Source: a bacterium
Lineage (GTDB): Archaea; Thermoplasmatota; E2; JACPAO01; JAHFTW01
Direction: 5' to 3'
NCBI GenBank assembly: GCA_040390065.1
Contig: JAZJZE010000006.1
Location: forward strand, 1 to 64,000
Length of the DNA stretch: 64,000 nucleotides
The notes beneath the pieces are model-generated. The model worked only from the letters and a program-made list of their open reading frames with translations. It did not search any database and was not told where the DNA came from. The position numbers were made by a program, and so were the translations under genes. Of the stretch, positions 49,094 through 60,900 are shown piece by piece; the first letter of the stretch is position 1, and every line of letters begins with the position of its first letter.

Positions 49094-49237
49094 GTGCCGT
49101 CACCGCCAACCTACGGCGTCCGCGGATTTGCCTGAAATACCGTGCAGGACCGGTTTGGCCCACGCGCATCTTGCGAGGCCGCGGACTGGGAGCACATTTT
49201 GCCGATTTTGGCGTACCGTTTTGGTCAATCGGCGCAC

Positions 49238-49324
49238 TCCAGATGGATGACGAACTGGAAGGCATCTGCGCAATGGAGCCCGCGGTTCGGTCGGGTCCGA
49301 ATCTGTTGCTTGTTGTTTTAAATA
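49238..49324 (+). promoter_or_regulatory. conserved 38-bp upstream element (copy A) plus TATA box
   Basis: TCCAGATGGATGACGAACTGGAAGGCATCTGCGCAATG at 49238-49275 and TTTTAAATA at 49316-49324. Confidence 0.75.
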
Positions 49325-49400
49325 CGTCCAGGGATGGGACGGACCAGCAACGCTGATTGCGTGCCGCGAGGGCCGCGTCGGTGTGCCTTGAGGCAACAAC

Positions 49401-52400
49401 ATGGTGGCTGGTTCCCCGAAGCCAAAGTACCGCGCCCCGGCGCGCATCCTGATGGTCGCCGCCGTGCTGCTCCTTGGCAGCCTGATGCCCGCCATCGGCC
49501 CCGCCGCAGCGCAGTCCGGCAGCACGACGCTCATGACCGGCCCGTTCTTCGACGACGCCGGATCGCAGACGTTCCCGCACTGTCCGACGACGCCGACGAA
49601 CCCCGCCCTCAAGGCGCAGAACGACGACGGCATCTGGCAGGTCCGCCAAGTCACTGTCATCTCCTCCACGGACGTCAACCAAGTCACCTTCGATTACGTC
49701 GTCGGCACCGGCACGGGTGTGGGCGCCAACCAGCGCATCGAATGGGGCACGTCCACCGCAGGCAGCAAGGCCGCCGGCTGGCCGAGCATCTCCGTCTCCA
49801 ACGGCGCAGCGTCCGGCAACCTGAACCGCCTCACGTTTTCGGGCGGCACACTGTCGCACCTCAGCCTCGCCGGCCAAGTCTTCACGATCGCGTTCCGCGT
49901 CATCGGAAGCCCCGCGGCCGACGTCTACACGCAGCTGGGCGCCGGCAAGGTCAGCGTCACCGCAGGCAGCAAGGACGTCGTCGGCACCGGCACGGCCTTC
50001 ACGCAGTTCTTCGCCGTCGGCAACACCTTCAAGGTGAGCGGCGACGCGCACCAGTACAAGGTCGCAAGCATCCAGGACGCGACCCACCTCAAGCTCACGG
50101 ACAAGCTGGTCGGCTCCTCCATCACGCCGACGACGGCGCTCAACTACACCAAGATTGACCCGGCCACGACGACCACGCCCGCGACGTTCCCCGTCAAGGT
50201 GGACAACGACGCCAGCATCTGCATCGTCATCGACATGACGCCGCCGCACGTCATCTCGGCCTACACGCGCGACACGAACTTCAACGGTCTCTTGGACGAG
50301 ATGGTCCTCACCTTCGACGAGGAGATGGACCCGACGACGCTGAACCCCGCCTCGTTCGCCGTCAACGCGAGCTCCAGCGGCGAACCCATCCCCTACTCCG
50401 TGCTCCCGTCCAACGGCAAGAGCCTGGTCAAAGGACTGGGCAGCGACGACGGCCATTTCTCCGACCCGGCATGCACCACGGCCTCACCGCCCGCCAATGC
50501 CTGCGTCAACCTCGAGAAGACCCTGAAGTTGTCGCTCGCGGAGGGTTACAAGTACGACACGGGCGTCTTGCCTGAGGTCACGTACCCGAAGGCCGGCGAG
50601 TCGGCGACGTTCTCGGACCTTGCGCACAACCCTCTCGCCAACATCACGAACTCCGACCTCACCGAAGTCGACGGCGCCAAGCCCGTCCTGGTGAGCGTCT
50701 TCGACTTCGAGGGCGCCACCTCGATGATCGCCACGTTCAGCGAACCCGTCACGGGCTCGGGCCCCAAGTCGGGCGCCCAGGCCGGCGACGTCGACAACTG
50801 CATCGGTGGTCTCGGCTGCGTCCGGACGACCGACTTCTTCTACTACGATCGCTGCGCCGGAAAACTCAGCAGCGACAGCCAGTGCAACCCGGCCACGGGC
50901 CTCAGCCACATGTCGGGCACGAATTGCATCACCGCGCAATCCGGTCTTTCCCCTGAGATCGGCGTCTCCATGCACACGCCTGGCCCAACGAACGGCAACA
51001 CGGTGACGCTGCCCGTCATCGCTGTCGCCTCGGACCCTGGCTGCGATGTGGCCGGCAAGGGGCAAGGCGTCAAGGGCTACGTCGGCAAGGGCGACGCTCA
51101 GCAGGCGCTCGGTGATGTCATCGCGCTCAACACAATGGCCTCCGAACCCGTGAGTTCCATCACTTGCCCCGGCATCGACTTCCTGCCCTGCGGCGCCCTC
51201 GTACGCGACGCCACCGGCCTGCGCGGCGTCCCCACGGCTCCGTGCAGCATCGCCAACGTGTGCAACGCCGGCGCCGGCCCCGGCGGCGGCGCCAACGGCA
51301 TCAAGGGCGCAACCTCGTCGCTGCCCCTCGTTGTCGACGCGGTCGTCAACATCGACACCTTCCAAGTCACGCTCAACTTCAACGGTCCCGTGAGCGACGC
51401 CTCCGGCGACGACAAGCCCCTTACGCTGCAGGACCTCACCGTCATCTCGGCCGACGGTCCCAGCAACTCGCAGGGGCCGGGCGGCATCACGCAGATCCTG
51501 CACCGGGCCGGCGCCTCGCGCGCCATCCTGACGCTGGACAAGAAGGTCCGGCCGACGGACGTCGACGACACGCCGACCAAGATCGGCATCAAGTGCAATG
51601 CCATCAAGGGCACGCGGCAGGCGGCGTTCGTGCCGTGCGGCGATCCTGACGGCACGGGCGGATCGGGAGTGGCCCTCATCGACAACGTTCTGCCCGCCAT
51701 CCTCAAGGCCGAGACGGTCGACATGGACCGCGACGGCCAGGTGGACGGTTTGTTCCTGGAGTTCAACGAGCCGGTCGACGACACGACGTTCTGTCAGCTT
51801 GGCAACGCGCCGCCCCCGGCCGAATGCTACCCCGGTTCCGGCGGCGTCGGCCTGCAGGTGGGCAAGTACCACCACCCCGCGGACGCGACGGGTCCGGAGA
51901 CGAAGTACGTCTTCGACACGGACGCCAGCCCCGGAGGCGTTGGCGCGCCCATCAGCGTCGACCAAGGCAACGGCCAGCCCAACGACCGCTTTGGCATCAT
52001 CAAGTTCGTGAACCCGTTCAAGCAGCCCATCGGCCTCGGCACTGCCGACCCGGCCGACACGGCCATCACGACGACCGCCGCAGGCCTGTTCTCCGACCTG
52101 TCCCATCCGGGGCCGCCGACGCAGCCGCCGTACGCCCAGGCCAAGCAGATGGCACAGATCTGCCCCACCGGATGCCTCGGCTCGGTCAAGCTCCTGGACG
52201 GCGCGCCGCCGGTGCTGCTCTCGGCCTTGACGGTCGACACGCGGCTCACGGTTCCTGGAGCCCCCACGGTCAACGACCTGGAAGGGGACGGCTACCTCGA
52301 CGGATACCGCATGACGTTCAGCGAACCCGTGCTCGACAAGTCGTTCTGCCACAACAACCTGCAGACCGGCCCCGTCTACCTGTGCAACTCGGTGGAGTGG

Positions 52401-54596
52401 GCTGTCGAGGGCCACAAGGTCATCGGCATGCGCACCCGCGACCCGAACGTCGTCGACCTCACCGGCCTCACGAACGTCGACAACGAGGTCACGCTGCTCT
52501 TTGCCCCGGGCGACCACCCGGATACCGGCGAGCGGCCCAAGCTCACGTACTTCGGCCCGTCGCAGCCCACGTACGGCTTCAAGGATCTGCAAGGCGTCCA
52601 GATGCTGCCCCTGCAGCCGATCGACGGCTTCGAGGAGGACGATGCAGCACCGGTCATCACGTTGGTCGAGGGCTTCCTCGGCCGCAACAACGTGACCATC
52701 CGCTTCAGCGAGCCCGTCGACAACGGCCAGAAAGGCGCCCTCGGGCGCTCCAGCCTGCTGTACTTCAACATCGACCACTTGCCCGACGGCGTCTCCGGAT
52801 TGTCCTCGCAGGACGCAGTCGTGCACTTCGCCGCCACGGACAACCTGATTGCGCACCTGAACTGCCCCGTCAACGCGCCCAAGACGGTGCCGGACTGCGG
52901 CAACATCGGCTTGCAGGTGCACGACATCCAGAACGACACCATCTCGGCCGAGCTGAACTCCATCTGGGAAACGTCCCCCAGCGTCCCGTCGCCGCATGTC
53001 GTTTCCAAGAAGTCCGTGTCGGTGAAGAACCACCACCTCGGCAACGCCATCGACATCTTCCGCCCCGCCAACGTCACGCAGTTCCAGGTCGTGAAGCAGC
53101 TGACGTCCGCCAACTCGGTGACCCTGAGCTGGAAGGCGCCCGGCAACGACGGCAACGGCTTCGGCTCGGTGCGCGGCTACCGCATCAAGGTGTCGACGCA
53201 GAAGATCGCCCCCGGCGACTTCAACGTCTCGTCGGCGCCGGGCAGCTACGGCCTTGGCGACTCGAACCCGAACGCCACCCTCAACGCCGACGGCAGCGCC
53301 AATATCGTGCGGCTGCGCGGCGACCAGGTCTACGCCATCCTCAGCCCCGACGCGGGCGGACTGGCCGGTCCTGGCGAGTACCAGCAGGCGACCATCATCG
53401 GCCTGCAGGCCCAGACCACGTACCACTTCGCCGTCGAGGCGTTCGATGCCGCGACGCTGCCGCCGTGCTACACGACGGATGCAGGTCACACGACGTTTGC
53501 CGCCCCAGTGGCCGCTTGCCCCTCGACCAACACGAAGCGCGTCGACTTCCGCCACTTCTCCGGCATGCGACCGGATGACGTCTCGATTGCCGCGACGCAG
53601 TACGACGTCTCCACGGCGACCGGCATCGACCTGACGCCGCCGGTCCCGACACCGGTCATCGCAAGCACGACGCACCCGGCGAACCGCCCCGACCCGAAGA
53701 TGACCGCCATCTTCAGCTGGACGAACGCGACGGACGGCGAGTCGACGGTGAACTACCACTACGCGCTCAACACGGACCCGCAGTACAAGGTCCTCGTCAC
53801 GGACTTGGTCTACACGGGCGCTGCCAACCTGCCGAGCGTCTCGATCCCCATCCCGAGCCGCGGCACGTGGTACTTCCACGTCGCGGCCTTCAGCGGCGGC
53901 GGCTCGACGGCGACGGCGCACTACACCATCATCGTGGACCGCCCGACCATCGACCCCGCGGACATCCGCGAACGCAACGACCTCGTGCTCACGAACGCGA
54001 CGCGCGACGGCGCGACCAACTCGGTGACGTGGCACCTGCCGGACCAGGCGCTCCTGCCCCCCGGCGGCCAACTCGAGGGCGTCGACATCTACGCCATCGA
54101 AGGATGCGGCTCCTCGACGGGCTGCACGGTCGTCAACGCCCACTCGATCACCGGCACGTACGACCAACTGCAGTCGGGCACGTGGACGGACGACCGCGCG
54201 ACGGCCGGAAGCGTCACGGGCTACCGCGTCGAGATGGTCTTCGCCAACGCGCAGACGCAGACGCCGACCGGCGGGAGCCACAGCGTCCAGGGTTTCGCCG
54301 CCATCCAGGAACAACCCGGCCACGACAACTCCGCGCTCTGGTGGCTCCTGGCCGCTGTCCTACTGGTTCTCGTGGCGGCCGGCATCGCCTTCCTGGTGAT
54401 CCGCAGCAAGCGCGCCAACGCTGCAGCCTTCGAGGAGATCCCCTCGGAATCGACCGCGGCGGGCATGGACCCCGTGACCGGCCTGCCGGCACATGACGTG
54501 CGCTGCCCCTCGTGCCAGACGGCGTTCCAGGCGGTCGGCAACCTGCCGCTGCAGATCACCTGCCCCAACTGCGGTGTTTCGGGCCTGCTGCAGTAG
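49401..54596 (+). CDS. giant single-pass surface protein 2
   Basis: Signal peptide, DTNFNGLLDEMVLTFDE / DMDRDGQVDGLFLEFNE units, FN3, TM and CPSC...CPNC. Confidence 0.88.
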   Translation: MVAGSPKPKYRAPARILMVAAVLLLGSLMPAIGPAAAQSGSTTLMTGPFFDDAGSQTFPHCPTTPTNPALKAQNDDGIWQVRQVTVISSTDVNQVTFDYVVGTGTGVGANQRIEWGTSTAGSKAAGWPSISVSNGAASGNLNRLTFSGGTLSHLSLAGQVFTIAFRVIGSPAADVYTQLGAGKVSVTAGSKDVVGTGTAFTQFFAVGNTFKVSGDAHQYKVASIQDATHLKLTDKLVGSSITPTTALNYTKIDPATTTTPATFPVKVDNDASICIVIDMTPPHVISAYTRDTNFNGLLDEMVLTFDEEMDPTTLNPASFAVNASSSGEPIPYSVLPSNGKSLVKGLGSDDGHFSDPACTTASPPANACVNLEKTLKLSLAEGYKYDTGVLPEVTYPKAGESATFSDLAHNPLANITNSDLTEVDGAKPVLVSVFDFEGATSMIATFSEPVTGSGPKSGAQAGDVDNCIGGLGCVRTTDFFYYDRCAGKLSSDSQCNPATGLSHMSGTNCITAQSGLSPEIGVSMHTPGPTNGNTVTLPVIAVASDPGCDVAGKGQGVKGYVGKGDAQQALGDVIALNTMASEPVSSITCPGIDFLPCGALVRDATGLRGVPTAPCSIANVCNAGAGPGGGANGIKGATSSLPLVVDAVVNIDTFQVTLNFNGPVSDASGDDKPLTLQDLTVISADGPSNSQGPGGITQILHRAGASRAILTLDKKVRPTDVDDTPTKIGIKCNAIKGTRQAAFVPCGDPDGTGGSGVALIDNVLPAILKAETVDMDRDGQVDGLFLEFNEPVDDTTFCQLGNAPPPAECYPGSGGVGLQVGKYHHPADATGPETKYVFDTDASPGGVGAPISVDQGNGQPNDRFGIIKFVNPFKQPIGLGTADPADTAITTTAAGLFSDLSHPGPPTQPPYAQAKQMAQICPTGCLGSVKLLDGAPPVLLSALTVDTRLTVPGAPTVNDLEGDGYLDGYRMTFSEPVLDKSFCHNNLQTGPVYLCNSVEWAVEGHKVIGMRTRDPNVVDLTGLTNVDNEVTLLFAPGDHPDTGERPKLTYFGPSQPTYGFKDLQGVQMLPLQPIDGFEEDDAAPVITLVEGFLGRNNVTIRFSEPVDNGQKGALGRSSLLYFNIDHLPDGVSGLSSQDAVVHFAATDNLIAHLNCPVNAPKTVPDCGNIGLQVHDIQNDTISAELNSIWETSPSVPSPHVVSKKSVSVKNHHLGNAIDIFRPANVTQFQVVKQLTSANSVTLSWKAPGNDGNGFGSVRGYRIKVSTQKIAPGDFNVSSAPGSYGLGDSNPNATLNADGSANIVRLRGDQVYAILSPDAGGLAGPGEYQQATIIGLQAQTTYHFAVEAFDAATLPPCYTTDAGHTTFAAPVAACPSTNTKRVDFRHFSGMRPDDVSIAATQYDVSTATGIDLTPPVPTPVIASTTHPANRPDPKMTAIFSWTNATDGESTVNYHYALNTDPQYKVLVTDLVYTGAANLPSVSIPIPSRGTWYFHVAAFSGGGSTATAHYTIIVDRPTIDPADIRERNDLVLTNATRDGATNSVTWHLPDQALLPPGGQLEGVDIYAIEGCGSSTGCTVVNAHSITGTYDQLQSGTWTDDRATAGSVTGYRVEMVFANAQTQTPTGGSHSVQGFAAIQEQPGHDNSALWWLLAAVLLVLVAAGIAFLVIRSKRANAAAFEEIPSESTAAGMDPVTGLPAHDVRCPSCQTAFQAVGNLPLQITCPNCGVSGLLQ

Positions 54597-54603
54597 GCCA
54601 CAA

Positions 54604-54642
54604 CCCCCATTTTCCCTCCTTTTCCCTCGTCCTTTCCTGTCC
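54604..54642 (+). terminator. pyrimidine-rich archaeal terminator
   Basis: CCCCCATTTTCCCTCCTTTTCCCTCGTCCTTTCC after the stop. Confidence 0.55.
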
Positions 54643-54770
54643 GTCCGGGCGCCGACGCCTTGCCCGCCATCCCTGGGAGAGTGGGTCAGCTCCGGGGGGC
54701 TATGGCGGCCGGGCCGGCGCCAGACCGGGGCCAACCAGGGGGTCGCCCAGGAGGGGCAATCTGCGGGGAA

Positions 54771-54851
54771 TCCAGCTGGATTGCGAACGGGAAGGCATCT
54801 GCGAAATGCCCGTTCGGTTGACTCCGAATCTGTTCCTTGGCGTTTTTAATA
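54771..54851 (+). promoter_or_regulatory. conserved 38-bp upstream element (copy B) plus TATA box
   Basis: TCCAGCTGGATTGCGAACGGGAAGGCATCTGCGAAATG (33/38 to copy A) and TTTTTAATA at 54843-54851. Confidence 0.75.
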
Positions 54852-54921
54852 CCCCCCAGATTGGAGAACCATGGGACCGGTGCGCCTTTTGGTGACGCCG
54901 GCCTCAAGACGAGGTCAAATC

Positions 54922-57900
54922 ATGGCATCGAAGTCGAGCCGAATGGGTCAGCTGCTGGGTCCCCTGGTGCTGGCGTTCCTGATGGTCTTCACGGTCCTTG
55001 CGACGGTGACACCGCAAGCACAGGCTGCCGTGACGAGCCGACCGGAAGGCAAGGTCCTGATCACCACGGAGCCCGACTTCAACCTCCCCAACTACGACCA
55101 GATGGGGCCCACCGGGTCGATCTTCTACCCGTGGCAGGCGCAGCCGCCCGGACCGACGACGCAGCCGCCGCAGGTCGTCAACAACCCCTTGGCGACGTAT
55201 CCGAAGAACCCGGCGACCGTGTACGTCAACACGAAGCACCAGGACCCGGACGGCAAGTGTCCGGGCTGCTTCCAGCGCACGGTGCGCGTCGCCTTCAACG
55301 ACATGGCCGTGACCCGCATCGACTTCGTCGCCCCGACCCGCGACGCCTTCTCGACGCCGGTCTGCAGCAACACCCCGGTGGATGCCTGGGCCGCCGCGAT
55401 GGACCCGTGCAAGGACCACGGCATGCTGCGCTGGCGCCCCGAGTATTCCTACGCCACCCGGCCTGGCTGGGCCGTGAGCGTCAACGCGGAGAACGCGAAG
55501 AAGAGCCAATGCGACGACCCGATCAAGTGCGCCATGGGCGACGACACGCCGCCGGCGCGCATCATGAGCTTCACGTCCGACGTGCCGAACCCGGTGCCCA
55601 GCCTGCTCTTGGGAACGACGCCGGGCGACGCTCGCCTCGCCAACGCCCTCGATATCGTGCTTGCCTTCTCCATCGATGGCACGCCTTCTGGCGACGACGG
55701 CATGCAGACGTTCCCGCAGACGCCCGCCGACGAATTCCACGTCCAGATCAACGTGACACCGTCGGGAAACCCCAACATCCCGTTCGAGACGACCTGCCCT
55801 GCATGGAACTCGGCCACCGGCGTCAACGGCAACCCGCAAAGCCCCTTCACCTGCGTCTACACCAACCCGCCGTTCAAGGGACCTGCGCCCGTCAACTTCC
55901 CGGCTGAGTTCATCGCCGACCCGCGCTTCTCGTCCGTCGACTGCGGTGTCCCGGGCGGCTTGTGCACCGGCACTCCTGGCCTCGTGATCCGCGTCGACAA
56001 CACGCCGCCGGAAGTCCACGAGACGTCCAACGGCGACGCCCGCGTGGCTGCCGGAAACGGCGGTCCCATCCCGTGTGTCTGCAGTTTCTTCTCGCAGGAC
56101 GTCGACCACAACGGCCACATCGACCGCTTCATCGTCTCGTTCACCGAGCCGCTGAACCCGAACACCTTCGACTTCCGCCAGTTCAGCATCCAGACGAAGG
56201 GCCGCGACCGCCCCTACACGATCACGAACGCCTTCTTCGAGCAGCAGAGGGCCGGCCCCGGCCCCGAGGAAGGCCTGTGCTTGCAAGGGCTCACGACCCC
56301 GCCCGCGCAGACGCCGCCTCTCACGCCGATTCGCATCACGTACCCTGGCTCGACGTGCCGCGTCGACTTCCTCGTGGCGGAGATGCCCTTCATGGACTCC
56401 GGCGACACGCCGAACCTGAAGTATCCCTGTGACCTCTGCCCCGCGACGGCCACGGACCGCGCCGGCAACCCGCTCAAGAAGATGACTGGCACGACCATCC
56501 TCGCCGTCGACCGCGCCCCACCGATCCTCTACTCGACGTACGCACTCGACGCCGCCCACAACGGTGGCGTCCCCTACGCGCAGACGGAACTGCAGGTCTT
56601 CTTCTCCGAGAACGTCATGGGCTCTGGCTGCAACGACCCGCAGGCCGGCCCGCCCGCAACCTGCGGCACGCGCCCCGTCCAGTTCAACGACTTGTGCTAC
56701 ATGGACAATGTCTCGCCCGGCGGTGCCGGCGACGTGATCGGCAAGCCGACGCCAGACCTGCCCTCGGGTGGCCGCGTCATCACGAGCATCACGACGACCA
56801 TCAATCCGTCCGACACGCTGAACTTCGCGACGGGCCCCGTCATCACGGCCGGCCAGATCTACTACATCGGCACCGTAACATCGGGAACGACGACCGGCGG
56901 CGGCGCCACCAGGCTCATCGACACGAGCAAGAACTTCGCAGCCATCGGCGTCACGGTCGGCATGATCATCGACTTCAGCGGCGGATGCTCGGCGCCCATC
57001 GGCGCATGCACCGGCTGCTTCTCCCTCGATACGCCGTATGACACGACATCGGCCGTCTGCCAGCCCGCACCCAAGTGCCGCTACTTCGACCTCGTCGACC
57101 ACACGCCGGCACCGGGTGCCAGCTCCGTCGGCACGGCTGGCGACGGCTGGAAGATGCGCGTGCTGACGATGCTCAACCCGACGGACACCAACAACCGACT
57201 CATGTACGGTTCGGCCGACGTGCATCCGTTCAACGGCGACATGATCACGGTCAACGTCGCGCCGCACGGACTGACGCGCGGCTGCTTCGCCGTCATGCTG
57301 GAGCAAGGCATCCTCGGCACCGACCCGTGCAACGCCGACGTCCGCGACCTGCACGACAACGGCGCCTGGTACCCGACCGGCCTGCCGCGCGTGGCCTACC
57401 CGCGCCCGCCCGCCTTGGCGCATGTGACGTTCCCGATGGTCAAGTCGGCGACCGTCGATTCAAGCAACCCCAGTTGCCCGCAGTCCACGCCCGGCAAGGG
57501 CGTCGGTCCCGGTGACCTCACGGACACGGTTGCCTGCCACTACTGGCTGAAGCTGCAGTTCAATGGCCCGGTGCGCGGCCCCAACGGCCCCGCCTCGTGC
57601 GACACGACGACCGGCAGCGGCAAGACGGCGAAGCCGTTCTTCGCCTGCAACCTCGACATCAAGGCCGCCACCGGCAAGGAGCTCGGCCAAGGCCCGCAGG
57701 GCTTCTTCGGCCCGGCGCCGCCGTCCACGACCGGCTCAAGCAGCACGGCCACGCAGGCGCCCTACTACCTGATGGGCGACAACGACCAGGCAGTCCTGCA
57801 GATGGACTACGCCGCCCGACCCATCGACGTCTCCCTGAGCGGAGCGCGCGTCAAGCTCGTCTGCAACACCATCTTCGCAACCCCGGGCTGGGTCAGCAAG

Positions 57901-60900
57901 TACAGCCTCGACCCGAGCACGACCGGCGTCAACCCGCTGGTCGGCGCCATCCCCTGCGACGACCCCGACCAGTACTACGGTCCGCAGGAAGACTTTGGCG
58001 GCGTCGTGCAGCGCCCCGACATCGACATCGTCGACCTGACGCCGCCTCGCATCCTCGAGGCCCGCACCGTCGATGCCGACCACAACGGCTACCTCGACGG
58101 CGTGCAGCTGACCTTCAGCGAGCCCATCGACGACGGCAGCTACTGCGGCAACGACCCGTCCGCGCAGGCCGCGCCCAACTTCTGCCCTGACACCGAATCC
58201 GGCGCCGGCACGGGCTACATCACGTTCTCGCGTTGGACTTCGCAGGAGATGATCCGCGCCATGACGGACGTGCACGAGGAAGAGTGCTTCGCCTCGTCCG
58301 GTACACTGGACGGCACCGACACGGGCACGCCCTACACGGACGGCTTCAAGTGGGACACGGGCACGCTGTCCAACGACAACGTCGGCACCATCCTGCACGT
58401 GCGCACACTGACGCAGCAGGACGGCTCTTACATCACGCGTCCGCAGGACTGCAACGAATACTTCCGTGGCGTCCGCATGGATGGCCTGCCAAACCCGCCT
58501 GCCCCCAACGGCGACGGCGCGACGCGGCCCCTGCAGCGCTGGCCGACGGATTCGCTCCTGCACATCACTTCCCCGGTGCCCGGCCTCTTCTCGGATCTGG
58601 CGACCCATCCGTTCCACGACAACTCGGACATCTTCAGCCCGCCCAACTCGCCGCCGGTTGCCAACCCCAACCAGTTGCCGCGCATCTGCCAGTTCGAGTC
58701 GCGCGCCATGACGGGCCAGGCGGGCACCTACAACCAGGTGCAGAGCCACCCGAGTGCGGCGTGCGACACGACGCAGATCACGGTGGATTCCGTGCGTGTG
58801 ACGGACGGCGCGCCGCCCGTGCTCTGGAAGGCGCAGACGTACGACACGCCTGTCCTCGATGTCAACGGCATCCCCGACACCAAGAACTTCTGGAACAACC
58901 TGTTCGGCGACGGCACCATCGACGGCTACCGCCTGACCTTCAGCGAACGGGTCAACGACGGAAGCTTTGTCGCCGCCGACTGGCACGTGGCGGGCCACGA
59001 CACGCTGGAGTTCACCAACCCGACGGGCTGCAGCAAGCCGGGCAAGACGACGTATGTCAACCACGAGGTCACGATCGACACCGTCATCCCGGGCAAGGCC
59101 CTCATGCGGACGCGGGACACGACGCTGAACCCGTTCGACCCGCTGCAGAACGACCAGATCTCGCAGGGCCAGAGCGACGACCAGTTCATCCTGCTGTTCA
59201 CGCCGGCGAAGACCATCTTCACCAAGCCGGACGGCTGCAAGGAGTTGCACGCCGCGTACGACACGGAGACGAAGCCTGAACTGACGGCGTCCGGCCCCAA
59301 CGGCCACTTGCACATGGCGGACCGCGCCGGCCTCCTGAAGCCGAACCCGATCTGCCCCAGCAACACCGCCAACTGCTGCCCAGGCGGGCCGTCCATCAAC
59401 AACTGCATGGTCGACTTCGACACCTTCGCCGTGCAGGAAGAGGACCGCGCCGGTCCACAGATCGTGCGCATCGAGGGCTTCGCCGGAACGAACCACATCG
59501 ACGTGCGCTTCAGCGAACCCGTCGACGACGGCAGCCACAGTGGCCTGGTGCGCGACGACTTCCAGTACTTCGACAAGAACGCCAAGGACGTGGCGGGCTT
59601 CTCCAGCACGGAGCCCGTGGAGTCCACGGCCGGTGGCCGCAACTCCACCATCCACCTCGGCCAGCTTCTGACGGTCTCCGACCAGACGTCGGACAAGATC
59701 GCCGCCAGGACCTGTCGCATCTACGAGGTCGCTCCGTCGGTCAGCCCGTCGCAGCGCCAATGCGTGCCGAGTTACCCGCGCTCGCTCGTGCCCGAGAACG
59801 ACACCGCCGCGCCCGGCGCCCTGTCCGACTTCCGCATCGTGGCCGAGCTCACGAACGCCAACAGCCTGACAGCGAGCTGGACCGCGCCTGCCGACGACGG
59901 CACGGCCGGCAAGCCAGTGTCGGGCTACACGTGCCTCGTCGGTACGCGCACGATCCTCGGCAACGAGACGAACGACAACCGCATCAGCTTCTCGTACGAC
60001 CCGCCGGTGTCGTCGCTTGCCGGACCGGGCCTCACGCAGACCGTCCGCATCGCAGGCCTCGACTCGGAAGCCAAGTACTACATCGCCTGCTACGCCAAGG
60101 ACGATCTCGGCAACCTGTCGCCGCTGTCCGAGGTGGCGTCCGGGACGACGACGCGCGATGTCACGCCGCCGACCGGCACCATCACCATCAAGTCGCCGTC
60201 GCACCCCGCCGGCGTCCCGACGGCTGGCAACACCATCTCGTTCACCTGGAACGCCATCACGAAGGCGCAGGAGCCCGAGTCGACCGTGGTGTACCACTAC
60301 GCGCTCAACACGAACCCGAACTACGTGGTTCTCGCCACCGACGGTGCAACCCAGGACACGAAGGTGACGCAACTCGCTCCGGGCGACGGCACGTACTACT
60401 TCCACGTCGCGGCCATGAGTGGCGGCGGCTCGACGCTCACGGCCCACTACCAGGTCGTGGTCGGCTTGCCCCCGCTGACGGTCGCCTCGATCGAGTCGGC
60501 CAACGACCTCGTCAAGACCGAGCCGTTCCGCCAGGAGCAGGAGTTGAACGGCCAGACGGTCGTCCTCAACAACGTCACCTGGACGCTGCCGCCGGACACG
60601 ACCCCTCCCGGCTTGGACATCAGCGGCGTCGAGATCTGGCGCGAGGACCACGGCATCTTCACGAAACTGAACCTCGCCGACACGGACCCGAAGATCTGCT
60701 CGCACCCGCTGTCGGGCTCGTACGACGACCTGAAGAGCGGTCACTGCTGGGACACGAGCCTAGGCGCCACCGCCGACTCGAAGTACAAGGTCACGATGGT
60801 CTTCGCGACCCCCCCGCACACGCAGGGCGAACCCGTGAAGGGCTACGCCGGCCTCGTGGACCAGACACCGGGAGTCGTCCCGCCGTGGATCTGGATTCTG

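Noticed and set aside
49238-49275. TCCAGATGGA as an origin recognition box (ORB)
   Set aside because: It only partly resembles TTCCAGTGGAAA. There is no G-string, AT-rich unwinding element or cdc6/orc1 gene, and the copies track promoters instead.
42075-60744. Very long antisense ORFs (e.g. 42075-44801, 50484-54323, 57736-60744; also 28288-31116)
   Set aside because: They are shadows of GC-rich sense-strand codon bias. They are Arg/Gly/Val-rich, have no motifs, and fully overlap well-supported genes.
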